Assembly: GCA_045531455.1 (NCBI GenBank)
Contig: JAZSEA010000075.1
Coordinates: 83,878 to 147,877 of the forward strand
Direction: 5' to 3'
Length of the DNA stretch: 64,000 nt
Origin: Eubacteriales bacterium
Lineage (GTDB): Bacteria > Bacillota > Clostridia > Oscillospirales > CAG-272
This document shows, piece by piece, positions 17,847-26,515 of the stretch (the first letter of the stretch is position 1; each line of letters begins with the position of its first letter). Under the pieces are notes generated by a model, which saw nothing but the letters and a program-made list of their open reading frames with translations, had not been told where the DNA came from and made no database searches. The position numbers and the translations under genes were made by a program.

Positions 17847-19367
17847 ATGAACAACAAAAGGTCAAAGAAATCAAGCGGATTGGGTATTCGCAGTCAGCTT
17901 GTAATCGGGTTTACTCTGTTTGTGCTGATTGTTTTGATTATCGTTTGGATATTCCAGGTGTTGCTTCTCGATTTCTTTTACGAACAAACTAAACTATCAG
18001 ACTTAAGGGCGGTTCAGCAAGGAATTGATGACGCAATAGCACTTGACAATCTTGAATCTGCTTGCAGTGATCTCGCTGTTGATTATGACGTATGCATAGC
18101 TGTCTATGAAGTAAATGAAGGCAAACTTGGGGATATAATTATCAGTAAAGAGGTATCTCCGACTTGTATGATCCATTATTCAAATTCTCAAGTGTTGAAT
18201 TCTTATTATGAAAGAGCACTTGAAGGAGGTGGCGAGTACACAGAAAGATTCAGTCTGACAGCTCAAGAGACACTTCCTTCGAAGTCCGAAGGACACAAGG
18301 ATAAACCGCGCCCTTCTCATAAGGAGGAGATTCAGAAAGATTCTACTGTAAACGATGTGTTCGTTATTGCCGTTTCGGTAAAATCTCTCCTTGATTCCGA
18401 TGGGAACGAGTATGCGGCTTTCATTAATCTGAGATTCACACCGGTTAATGCCGTACAACATACAAGAAGCGTACAATATATATATATTGCAATCGTAGTC
18501 GTTTTTTCAGCAATTATATTTTCGTTTCTCTTCTCGTCAAAAATCGCGCGTCCGCTTGAACGAATGACTGTTTCGGCAGAAAAAATGGCAAACGGCGATT
18601 ATTCAACTGTCTTTAAGGGCGAAGGGTATCGTGAAACAAGGCGTTTGGCGCAAACCCTTAATTACGCTGTAACTGAAATATCGCAAACAGAGAAGCTTCA
18701 ACGAGAATTGATTGCGAATGTTTCGCACGATCTCAGAACCCCACTTACTTTGATCTCTGGATACGCTGAAATGATGAGAGACATTCCCGGAGAAAACACC
18801 CCGGAGAACAATCAAGTGATCATTGATGAAACGAAGAGACTTACTACGCTCGTCAACGATATGCTTGACTTTTCAAAATATAATTCGGGGTTTGAAGAGC
18901 CGGATCTTCGCGCGTTTAATCTAACCGAATCGGTGAGAAGCGTTATCAAAAGATACAGCGAGCTCGTTCGTCAAAAGAATTACCGATTTATCTTCTCAGC
19001 TTCTGAGGAAGTAACTGTAGTTGCAGATGAACGTATGATCCTGCAGGTCATTTACAATCTGATAAACAATGCTGTAAATTATACCGGAGATGATAAGACT
19101 GTAACAATAGAACAGACGATTATCGATGGTGAAACCGTAAAGATCTCTTTTTCTGATACAGGCAACGGAATCCCCGAAGACGTTATAACCCAGATCTGGA
19201 ATCGCTATTATAAAGTCGAAAAGTCGCACAAGAGGGCTGTTACTGGGAGCGGTCTCGGTCTCTCGATAGTCAGCAAGCTTCTGCAACTACACTCTGCCGA
19301 ATACGGAGTTGAATCTTCCGTTAACGCCGGATCCACCTTCTGGTTTAAACTCAAAATAAAAAAATAA
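17847..19367 (+). CDS. Sensor histidine kinase (two TM, HAMP, HisKA, HATPase_c)
   Basis: H-box VSHDLRTPLT, N box NLINNAVNYT, and G boxes DTGNGI and GSGLGLSI. Starts 12 nt after the response regulator gene. Confidence 0.92.
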   Translation: MNNKRSKKSSGLGIRSQLVIGFTLFVLIVLIIVWIFQVLLLDFFYEQTKLSDLRAVQQGIDDAIALDNLESACSDLAVDYDVCIAVYEVNEGKLGDIIISKEVSPTCMIHYSNSQVLNSYYERALEGGGEYTERFSLTAQETLPSKSEGHKDKPRPSHKEEIQKDSTVNDVFVIAVSVKSLLDSDGNEYAAFINLRFTPVNAVQHTRSVQYIYIAIVVVFSAIIFSFLFSSKIARPLERMTVSAEKMANGDYSTVFKGEGYRETRRLAQTLNYAVTEISQTEKLQRELIANVSHDLRTPLTLISGYAEMMRDIPGENTPENNQVIIDETKRLTTLVNDMLDFSKYNSGFEEPDLRAFNLTESVRSVIKRYSELVRQKNYRFIFSASEEVTVVADERMILQVIYNLINNAVNYTGDDKTVTIEQTIIDGETVKISFSDTGNGIPEDVITQIWNRYYKVEKSHKRAVTGSGLGLSIVSKLLQLHSAEYGVESSVNAGSTFWFKLKIKK

Positions 19368-19377
19368 TTCCAACTCA

Positions 19378-19420
19378 TATTCCCGTCAAAAGCTAAATTA
19401 TTAATGCTTTTGGCGGGAAT
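19378..19420 (+). terminator. Candidate terminator hairpin after the histidine kinase gene
   Basis: ATTCCCGTCAAAAGC...GCTTTTGGCGGGAAT forms a 15-bp stem with one G.U pair. The T tract after it is weak. Confidence 0.5.
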
Positions 19421-19533
19421 ATTGTGTACTTTCTGTATAATTTTCTTAAAAAAAGAGAGATTTATCTTGTATTTTATTCAATATTGTAATATAATTTGAT
19501 GTGAATATAATTATTTTGAAAGGAGGCACACGA

Positions 19534-20550
19534 ATGTCAAACGTCACAAATAACTTCGTACCCGCCGCAAATACCCCTGATAACACAGACTTTATCGATT
19601 CTCTTAACAGTTTGAGTGTAGAGGACATTGTACCTCCTCATAAAAAGAAGAATAAAAAGAAAAGCTTTTCTTTTTTCAAGATTTCGCGTCTTCTTGTTGT
19701 TTTTCTTTGTATCGGTGTATTTGTTTACTGTATTTCCGAGCTATCATCTATTATGAATGATTATCAGCGAGGAGACAATCTTTACGGTGAAATTGAAAAC
19801 GGATATCAATCCATTATCGAAGGTTGGACTCTTTCCAACGTATCTGCTATGAATATCTCGAAATCAGATATTCCGATGGCAAATTACGATGATGTCAAAA
19901 CAAACGGTATTACAATTTATGAGCCTCCTGCAAACAGCATCGACCGCGTTACCTCGAGCCCGAAATTCAGAGCGTTGCTTTCCTTCATTGAAAACCTTAG
20001 AGATACGAAGAACAAGGATATGTACGGATATATTTATATCCCCAATACCCAGGTTCAATATCCTATGGTTCAAACAACCGATAATGATTATTATCTTAAA
20101 CACGCTTTTGATGGAGACTATCTTGCCGTAGGTTCAATTTTCATCGATTGCAGAAACGAAAAAAAGGTTGAGGATAATAAAAATATCGTTATTTACGGTC
20201 ATAATATGCTCAACGGATCGATGTTTTGCGATGCAACGAAATTCCTTGACGAGAGCTTCTTTATGAATCCCGCCAACGATATTGAGATTACTACCTTTGA
20301 CGGCCTTTATACTTTCCGCGTTTTCTCGGCTTATACGACCAACAAATACGATAATTACTTCAAAACCTATTTTCCGACCAATGATTCTTTTCTTGAATTT
20401 TTGACCGAAAGAGAAGCTAAATCGCATTTTCATAAGGAAGGCATCACATTCTCTCCCGATGATGTAATTATCACTCTGTCTACCTGCATTCTTGGAGATG
20501 ACGACGGAAGATACGCAATTCACGCAAAGCTTATTAAGGTTGAAAGATAA
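19534..20550 (+). CDS. srtB: Class B sortase
   Basis: YPMVQTTDNDYYLKH, GSIFIDCRN, IVIYGHNMLNGSMF, the catalytic TLSTC and a downstream Arg. N-terminal TM anchor. AGGAGG lies 7 nt before the ATG at 19534; the ORF-track GTG start at 19501 is unlikely. Confidence 0.88.
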   Translation: MSNVTNNFVPAANTPDNTDFIDSLNSLSVEDIVPPHKKKNKKKSFSFFKISRLLVVFLCIGVFVYCISELSSIMNDYQRGDNLYGEIENGYQSIIEGWTLSNVSAMNISKSDIPMANYDDVKTNGITIYEPPANSIDRVTSSPKFRALLSFIENLRDTKNKDMYGYIYIPNTQVQYPMVQTTDNDYYLKHAFDGDYLAVGSIFIDCRNEKKVEDNKNIVIYGHNMLNGSMFCDATKFLDESFFMNPANDIEITTFDGLYTFRVFSAYTTNKYDNYFKTYFPTNDSFLEFLTEREAKSHFHKEGITFSPDDVIITLSTCILGDDDGRYAIHAKLIKVER

Positions 20551-20556
20551 CAAATA

Positions 20557-21396
20557 ATGAAAGAAACCGATTTTCTCATTTGTCCTATCTGCCATTCAAA
20601 GCTTGAAAGAACCGAAAAAAGCCTGATTTGTACCGGTGACTCTCATAAACGTCATTGTTTTGACCTGTCGTCATCGGGATACTCCGATCTTTCATACAGG
20701 TCCGGCGGAGGAGGAGACCCCAAGGATGCTGTTACCGATAGGACAGCTTTTCTTGACAAGGGATATTATCAGCCGCTTTCTGAATGCATTAACTCTATCT
20801 GTAAAGATTATCTCCAGCACGATTTTTTCCTTGTTGACGCAGGTTGCGGGGAAGGGTATTATTCCGAAAGGATCGCGTCTGAATTCAGCCAAGCTTTTGT
20901 TTTCGGAGTTGATCTTTCTAAGCATGCAGCTCATCGAGCGAGCGTAAGAAGGAATATCAGAAATGGAAACAATAGCTTCTATTCTGTTGCATCTGTATTT
21001 CAGCTTCCTGTTGCTGACAACTCCGCAGATTGTATTCTCTCGATGTTTGCTCCTGTTGCTCAAGCCGAAGCAGAACGAGTACTCAAAAACGATGGCATTA
21101 TGATCATCGGAGCCGCGGGCGAAAGACATCTTTATCAGCTCAAGGAATCTATCTATGATACTGTTCATTTAAATGACGAAAGAGCCGATCTTCCTCAAGA
21201 CACGGAACTACTCGACAAAAGAAAAGTATCATATATTTGTCATATAGATAACGCAGAAGACATCCGCAGACTGTTCGGTATGACACCTTACAGATTCAGG
21301 ACTTCCGAAAGCTCACTGAAATTATTGGACGAATTAACAAGTATAGATGTAGAAATTAACGTAGACTTCTATGTCTACAGATTTTCTCATAATTGA
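20557..21396 (+). CDS. rlmA: 23S rRNA (guanine-N1)-methyltransferase RlmA family
   Basis: N-terminal Zn-ribbon CPICHSKL...C, FLDKGYYQPL and the SAM motif VDAGCGEGYY. Colinear with E. coli RrmA by eye. Confidence 0.85.
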   Translation: MKETDFLICPICHSKLERTEKSLICTGDSHKRHCFDLSSSGYSDLSYRSGGGGDPKDAVTDRTAFLDKGYYQPLSECINSICKDYLQHDFFLVDAGCGEGYYSERIASEFSQAFVFGVDLSKHAAHRASVRRNIRNGNNSFYSVASVFQLPVADNSADCILSMFAPVAQAEAERVLKNDGIMIIGAAGERHLYQLKESIYDTVHLNDERADLPQDTELLDKRKVSYICHIDNAEDIRRLFGMTPYRFRTSESSLKLLDELTSIDVEINVDFYVYRFSHN

Positions 21397-21409
21397 AAGG
21401 ATATTTACT

Positions 21410-22141
21410 TTGAAAGTATCAGTTTGTATTCCTATGTACAACGAAGCTTCTGTAATTGCAGAAAATGCAAAGAGGCTTTGGGAGTATATGGAAAGCAATT
21501 TTGTAACCGAAAACGGTGAACGAGATTATGAAATTATATATTCCAACGATGGAAGCACCGACGGATGCGATAAGATTGTAAAAGATCTCGCGCTTCCCGG
21601 AATCAAGGTCGTTGGATATGAGAATAACAAAGGCAAAGGATGCGCCGTAAGAACCGCTATGCTCGCTTCTTCGGGAGATATTGCTATGTTTACCGACGCT
21701 GATCTTGCTTACGGCACAGATGTCATTTCCGCTATGGTGGATGCTTTTGACAAGAACCCTCATAGTCATCTTGTTATAGGTTCGAGAAATCTCGCCGAAG
21801 ACGGATACGCAAATTATACCTTCATACGCAAGCTTGCTTCTAAAACTTACATCAAAGTACTTTCCATTGTCGGCGGTTTCAAACTTTCTGATTCGCAATG
21901 CGGATGCAAGGGCTTCAGAAGAGAAGCAGTTGATAAAATTTTTCCGCGGATGGAAGTAAACAGTTTTGCGTTTGATTTCGAGGCATTGCTTTGGGCAAAT
22001 AAGTTCAATATGAAGATCACAGAAATGCCCGTCAGCGTCCTAGTTCACGGAGAATCCAAGGTACACATCGTTCGTGATACAGTTAAAATGCTTCGCGATA
22101 TTCTCAAGATGAAGAAGAGAATCAATAAAACAAAAATTTAA
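21410..22141 (+). CDS. Family 2 glycosyltransferase (dolichyl-phosphate glucosyltransferase-like)
   Basis: VSVCIPMYNE, NDGSTDG and FTDADL (DxD) are GT-A motifs. TTG at 21410 follows AAAGGA and avoids overlap with rlmA; the ORF-track ATG at 21371 would overlap it by 26 nt. Confidence 0.8.
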   Translation: MKVSVCIPMYNEASVIAENAKRLWEYMESNFVTENGERDYEIIYSNDGSTDGCDKIVKDLALPGIKVVGYENNKGKGCAVRTAMLASSGDIAMFTDADLAYGTDVISAMVDAFDKNPHSHLVIGSRNLAEDGYANYTFIRKLASKTYIKVLSIVGGFKLSDSQCGCKGFRREAVDKIFPRMEVNSFAFDFEALLWANKFNMKITEMPVSVLVHGESKVHIVRDTVKMLRDILKMKKRINKTKI

Positions 22142-22155
22142 CGGAGTCAAATTTT

Positions 22156-23694
22156 ATGCATTTGAACAAAAAATCTATTAAACGATTCACGATACTGTTC
22201 CTGGTAGCACTCATTCTGTTGCCTTGCTTCAGCTTTATGGTAGCTTCCGAGGAAGTCAAGGAGCCTTCAAATCAAGATGACGTACAGGTATCGGAAATGG
22301 TATGCAGGATCAAGAACGTTTCAACGGGACTGTATCTTGATTCCTATAAATACACTCTCAAAACGAAGGGAAAGTCATATACCGAAAAGTACAGCGAAAG
22401 CAGTCTAGGCCAGGTGTTTCATCTTTCTCCTTGTGATGACGGCACCTACAAGATAATTCCTCAGAACGACAACGCTGAATACGCATACGTTTATTCCAAG
22501 GATACAACTTCTGACAAGAAGATCAAAAAGGTCAGAACCTCATCCGCAGGTGATCTTTCAAAGTTTGATATTGTAGAATATCAAGATGATCAATTCTTGT
22601 TTGCACCTTCTAATACAAAGAACAATAAGCTTGTATTAACACAGTCTTCTACGATTTCCGAATACAAAGACAATTACATAGAGCTTCTCGAACTTGACAA
22701 GAATGCGACTAATCAGCTCTGGTCGATCGAACCGATTAAAACTGAAAAGTTGTCCGTAATTTATACGAGTACCAAAGTAAGACTTTATTCTTCGGGCACA
22801 TTTTATGCCCGTAAGTATCCTTATAACGCGTATACTCATGATATCAAATGGACATCGAGTGATGACAGCGTTATTATGATCGGCGAAGACGGTACTTGGT
22901 GCGCGCTCAGTTCCGGTGAGGCAAAGATCACGGCGTCTGTTGACGGAGTTTCAAAATCATTTATAGTGAAGGTCACTGACAGAGATGCTTTCACTTGGTA
23001 CAGCCAAAATAATATCTATACAAGCGATTGGGATGCAACGCAGCTTAAATTCCTTTCATTCTATTCGGGCAGAACGGGACAGACAAAGAAATTTGCCATT
23101 GACTCGAAGGAACCCGGGGGAAATAACTGCTGGCTTGATCAGGGCTGCGGAAACTGTTCGGTTGCAATGGTTCTCAACAATATGGGAGCAACCAAAACAA
23201 CAGGTTTCGATTTCAGATCGGGTCAGGTTGGTGAGCTGATAGCAGACCCTTATACAGTAGCTCTCGCAAATAGCGGAAATTACGGTTCGGACACTAAGAC
23301 CACTTGGCTTCGCGGCGATCCAATTTATATGGCTTGGGCTTATACAGCAGAGCAGTTCAACGTTGACGGACAGAAGGTAATACTCAACAAGATGTATAAT
23401 CCTTCAACGAAGACAATTAAGAATCTTCTTGCCGACCATCCCGAAGGAGTTATCGTTCAGGTCTCCAAGGGAGTCAAAAATCATTATATAGTTTTTGCAA
23501 AATGCACCAATCCGGAAGAGAAGTACAATTCCAGACTCAAGTTTATTGTGTGTGACTCTGCTGCATACTTACCCGAAAACGGAGATTACGTTATGTTCGA
23601 ACAGTCCACCTCTTACCTCTACGAAGGATACAGGTACAGCAATATCGCATCGGTAATGTATTTCACACTTGAAGAAAAAAAGGAAGGTAATTAA
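22156..23694 (+). CDS. Secreted multidomain protein: signal peptide, ricin-type beta-trefoil-like lectin region, Big_2 Ig-like domain, C-terminal C39-like (papain-fold) peptidase domain
   Basis: Signal peptide KKSIKRFTILFLVALILLPCFSFMVA|SEE. IKNVSTGLYLD...NQLWSIEP is QxW-type. IKWTSSDDSVIMIGEDG...AKITASVDGVSKSFIVKV is Big_2-like. GCGNCSVAMVLNNMG ... NHYIVFAK is the C39_2-like Cys/His pair. Confidence 0.6.
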   Translation: MHLNKKSIKRFTILFLVALILLPCFSFMVASEEVKEPSNQDDVQVSEMVCRIKNVSTGLYLDSYKYTLKTKGKSYTEKYSESSLGQVFHLSPCDDGTYKIIPQNDNAEYAYVYSKDTTSDKKIKKVRTSSAGDLSKFDIVEYQDDQFLFAPSNTKNNKLVLTQSSTISEYKDNYIELLELDKNATNQLWSIEPIKTEKLSVIYTSTKVRLYSSGTFYARKYPYNAYTHDIKWTSSDDSVIMIGEDGTWCALSSGEAKITASVDGVSKSFIVKVTDRDAFTWYSQNNIYTSDWDATQLKFLSFYSGRTGQTKKFAIDSKEPGGNNCWLDQGCGNCSVAMVLNNMGATKTTGFDFRSGQVGELIADPYTVALANSGNYGSDTKTTWLRGDPIYMAWAYTAEQFNVDGQKVILNKMYNPSTKTIKNLLADHPEGVIVQVSKGVKNHYIVFAKCTNPEEKYNSRLKFIVCDSAAYLPENGDYVMFEQSTSYLYEGYRYSNIASVMYFTLEEKKEGN

Positions 23695-23695
23695 A

Positions 23696-23989
23696 ATGAT
23701 CGCCACTTTGGTTTATGTTGATGTCAAGCCCGAATTTGTCGAAGAATTCAAGGCTATAACTTGCTATAATCACGATAATACAAGGAAAGAGCCCGGAAAC
23801 GTTAGATTTGACGTTTTGCAGGCTAACAATGATCCAACACAGTTTGTCCTCTATGAAGTTTTTGTTGACGAAAACGCTGCTGCCGCTCATAAGGAGACCG
23901 AGCATTATCTCAAATGGAGAGCTACTGTAGCTGACTTTATGGCGTCCCCCAGACACGCTACCGCAACTACTCCTATTGCTTTTGACTAA
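23696..23989 (+). CDS. Antibiotic-biosynthesis-monooxygenase (ABM) domain protein, YgiN-like
   Basis: MIATLVYVDVKPEFVEEF...VRFDVLQANNDPTQFVLYEVF.DENAAAAHKETEHY fits the ferredoxin-like ABM fold pattern. AAGGAAGG lies upstream of the ATG at 23696, so the ORF-track start at 23669 is too long. Confidence 0.75.
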   Translation: MIATLVYVDVKPEFVEEFKAITCYNHDNTRKEPGNVRFDVLQANNDPTQFVLYEVFVDENAAAAHKETEHYLKWRATVADFMASPRHATATTPIAFD

Positions 23990-24035
23990 AATCAGAAAAA
24001 AATCTAAAAAAGTCAAAAAAACTTTCAAAAAACTA

Positions 24036-24064
24036 TTGACAAACGCGTTCTCTTGTGGTATAAT
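24036..24064 (+). promoter_or_regulatory. Sigma-A type promoter of tRNA-Thr (TTGACA-17-TATAAT)
   Basis: TTGACA at 24036..24041, a 17-nt spacer, then TATAAT at 24059..24064, about 20 nt upstream of the tRNA 5' end. Confidence 0.75.
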
Positions 24065-24085
24065 ATTAAACGTGCTGTGAGAGAC

Positions 24086-24161
24086 GCTGCTATGGCTCAG
24101 TTGGTAGAGCACATGCTTGGTAAGCATGAGGTCATCAGTTCGACTCTGATTAGCAGCTCCA
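24086..24161 (+). tRNA. tRNA-Thr (anticodon GGU), CCA encoded
   Basis: Manual cloverleaf: 7-bp acceptor stem GCTGCTA/TAGCAGC, D arm GCTC/GAGC, anticodon stem CATGC/GCATG with loop TTGGTAA, T arm ATCAG-TTCGACT-CTGAT, discriminator T and CCA. Length 76 nt. Confidence 0.93.
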
Positions 24162-24167
24162 ACGCAC

Positions 24168-24205
24168 AAGCCCTTGAATCATCAGATTCAAGGGCTTTTT
24201 CTTTT
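24168..24205 (+). terminator. Rho-independent terminator after tRNA-Thr
   Basis: 13-bp stem AAGCCCTTGAATC/GATTCAAGGGCTT with loop ATCA, followed by TTTTTCTTTT. Confidence 0.85.
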
Positions 24206-24212
24206 AAAACAC

Positions 24213-24242
24213 TTGACAAAATATATCAAAATCTGTTATACT
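24213..24242 (+). promoter_or_regulatory. Promoter of the MBL-fold lipoprotein gene (TTGACA-18-TGtTATACT)
   Basis: TTGACA at 24213..24218 and an extended -10 TGTTATACT ending at 24242. Confidence 0.6.
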
Positions 24243-24273
24243 ATATATAACGCAACTTCGGAGGTAGTTAATA

Positions 24274-26472
24274 ATGAAGAAATCCATAAAGGCATTAAGC
24301 ATTTTTATTGTAATCATTTGCCTGGTTTTATGCTTCGCTGCTTGCAACGCTGAAGTTCCCGGTATAGACCCCGATACAAGCGAGCCAAAAGCAGAAACTG
24401 TAGCATTGCCAATAACAGAATATACCTTGATCAGACCCGAAAAAGCTCCCACTGAGCTTATTTACGCAACGGTTTCTCTCAGAAAGCATATCAATTCATT
24501 TCTGGGCGATTTTTCTCTTCCGATCACAGACGACTGGGTGAAGGGAGGAGTCATTCCCGATGAACTTTTGAACGCAAAAGAGATACTTGTCGGTAACACA
24601 AACCGTCCCGAATCTGCGCAAGCGCTCGAGGGTGTTGATCCTACTTCTTACGTTATTAAAGTAATCGGAAACAAGATCGTTATCAACGCGGAGAAAACAT
24701 CGATTCTATATGCTGCTATTGAGCATTTTATTTCCGAATACGTAAACATCACCGATAACAATCTGGTTATCCCTAACGAATTGTGCTATATCAGCGAGCC
24801 TGTTCCTCAGGTTGAATTCATCAAGAATAACGAGCAGTCTGTTAAGGTCGTATATCTTGATTCTCTCGATAATTCACAGAATTCTGCAAACGAGAATGAC
24901 CGTCTCGACCTCGACGTTATCTATGCAAAGGATCTCCGAGATACCATTAATAAGTACTCGGGCGTTAAGTTTGGCCTTTCCACCGACTGGTATAAGCCAG
25001 GCACAGACATCTCGGGTAATCAGGAGATTCTTGTAGGTAATACATCAAGAGAAGAAACAATGCAGTTTCTCAAAGGTCTCAATTACAATCAATACGGTTT
25101 CACCGTAATTGGAAACAAGATTATTGTTGCGGGTTGGAATGAGACGACGACCGAGCTTGCTGTAGAACAGTTCATCGATTATTTCAAAGCAAATCTTGTA
25201 AAGAACGAAGACGGTACCTGCAGCTTCAGTATGCTTCTCAATGAAAAGATCGTTTACGATTATGAGACCTGGTACGTTGATTACCCCGAGTTTAAGGGTG
25301 GAAAGATCATAGGTACTCAAGATTCCGGTTACGGAAATCTTCAGGCTTACTTTGAGGAAGCCACGCTCGATTCTTATAACGAGTATTGCAAAACTCTTGA
25401 GGACTCCGGCTTCAAGCTTTATATGGAGAATACAATTACTGATAACGTGCATAAGTGCTATACCTCTGATAAAGGTATGCTATACGTCTACTACGTAGGT
25501 GTCGAAAAATCCGTTCGAATTGTAAGCTGTCCTAAGGGCAAATATAATCTTCCCCAGTATCCGACTCCCGAATCTGTACCTGCTTATGAGAAGATCGCAG
25601 AGTCTTCGATTACACAGATGAGCCTGAGTTATTCCGCAGGCAACTTCGGTCTTTGCCACATTATCACTCTTGAGGACGGATCCTTCATTGTTTATGACGG
25701 TGGAGGAAACTCCAACAATGACTATATTCAGCTCTATAACACGCTCAAGAGCTTAAATAAGCGCAAGGACGGCAAAATTGTTATAGCAGCCTGGATACTT
25801 ACTCATGAGCATTGGGACCACTACACGAACTTCTCGACCTTCTGTAAGAACTATTCCACTCAGGTTGTTCTCGAAGGAATGTATTGTAATACTCCCTCGG
25901 GAAGCTATGCTTATAACGGATACAATCCCAACTATTATATGACCAATGACTTTGCAAATCTTTCGAGTACCCTCGGTAACGTCCCTAAATACATCGTTCA
26001 CACGGGTATGAAATTCTACATCAGAAACGCTTGCGTCGAGATCATTTATACACAAGAAGATCTCTATCCCACAAAGCTCTATTACTTCAATGACTGCACA
26101 ATGGTTTCAACCGTTACCATCGCGGGACAAAAGATCACTTATCTCGGCGACGTAAGATATGAGGGCTCGGATAGAATGTCCGACAAATATAAGAATTATC
26201 TCCAGTGCGATATAGTTCAGATTTCGCACCACGGTTGGGACGGTGGCACCGTAGAGCTTTACAGGTATCTAAATCCCGAAACATGCTTGTGGCCTACTTC
26301 AAAAGACAACTTTGATATGATGAATTCGGGTAAGACTTCAAGCGGATATCTCTCGGTTGACACATATATCCTCAAGACTCTTGCTGTTCCGACTAATATT
26401 TATGCAGAACCAACCACAACTATTATGCTCCCCTTTAAAACCGGTGACAAGGTAACTTATTGGGACAAATAA
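24274..26472 (+). CDS. Lipoprotein with duplicated N-terminal alpha/beta modules and a C-terminal metallo-beta-lactamase-fold domain
   Basis: Signal peptide plus lipobox-like FAAC. Two related modules carry EILVGNT(N/S)R.E......G......Y...VIGNKI(V/I). The MBL motif THEHWDH (HxHxDH) and a later ISHHGWDG are present. GGAGG RBS. Confidence 0.7.
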   Translation: MKKSIKALSIFIVIICLVLCFAACNAEVPGIDPDTSEPKAETVALPITEYTLIRPEKAPTELIYATVSLRKHINSFLGDFSLPITDDWVKGGVIPDELLNAKEILVGNTNRPESAQALEGVDPTSYVIKVIGNKIVINAEKTSILYAAIEHFISEYVNITDNNLVIPNELCYISEPVPQVEFIKNNEQSVKVVYLDSLDNSQNSANENDRLDLDVIYAKDLRDTINKYSGVKFGLSTDWYKPGTDISGNQEILVGNTSREETMQFLKGLNYNQYGFTVIGNKIIVAGWNETTTELAVEQFIDYFKANLVKNEDGTCSFSMLLNEKIVYDYETWYVDYPEFKGGKIIGTQDSGYGNLQAYFEEATLDSYNEYCKTLEDSGFKLYMENTITDNVHKCYTSDKGMLYVYYVGVEKSVRIVSCPKGKYNLPQYPTPESVPAYEKIAESSITQMSLSYSAGNFGLCHIITLEDGSFIVYDGGGNSNNDYIQLYNTLKSLNKRKDGKIVIAAWILTHEHWDHYTNFSTFCKNYSTQVVLEGMYCNTPSGSYAYNGYNPNYYMTNDFANLSSTLGNVPKYIVHTGMKFYIRNACVEIIYTQEDLYPTKLYYFNDCTMVSTVTIAGQKITYLGDVRYEGSDRMSDKYKNYLQCDIVQISHHGWDGGTVELYRYLNPETCLWPTSKDNFDMMNSGKTSSGYLSVDTYILKTLAVPTNIYAEPTTTIMLPFKTGDKVTYWDK

Positions 26473-26480
26473 TATAGCAA

Positions 26481-26515
26481 AAATGCCACGACTCAATGTC
26501 GTGGCATTTATTTTA
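26481..26515. terminator. Bidirectional hairpin terminator between convergent genes
   Basis: 12-bp stem AAATGCCACGAC/GTCGTGGCATTT with loop TCAAT, flanked by A and T runs. Confidence 0.8.

Noticed and set aside
23663-24250. ORF-track entries across the tRNA: 23663..24169 (minus, 168 aa) and 24053..24250 (plus, 65 aa).
   Set aside because: They run through the tRNA, its promoter and its terminator, and antisense to the ABM gene. They have no RBS and are spurious.
23990-24273. Checked the tRNA-Thr locus for an integrated element (integrase, direct repeat of the tRNA 3' end, compositional break).
   Set aside because: - There is no integrase or recombinase ORF, and no duplicated tRNA 3' segment in the flanks.
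- The tRNA has its own consensus promoter and terminator.
- The neighbouring secreted-protein genes have ordinary promoters and terminators.
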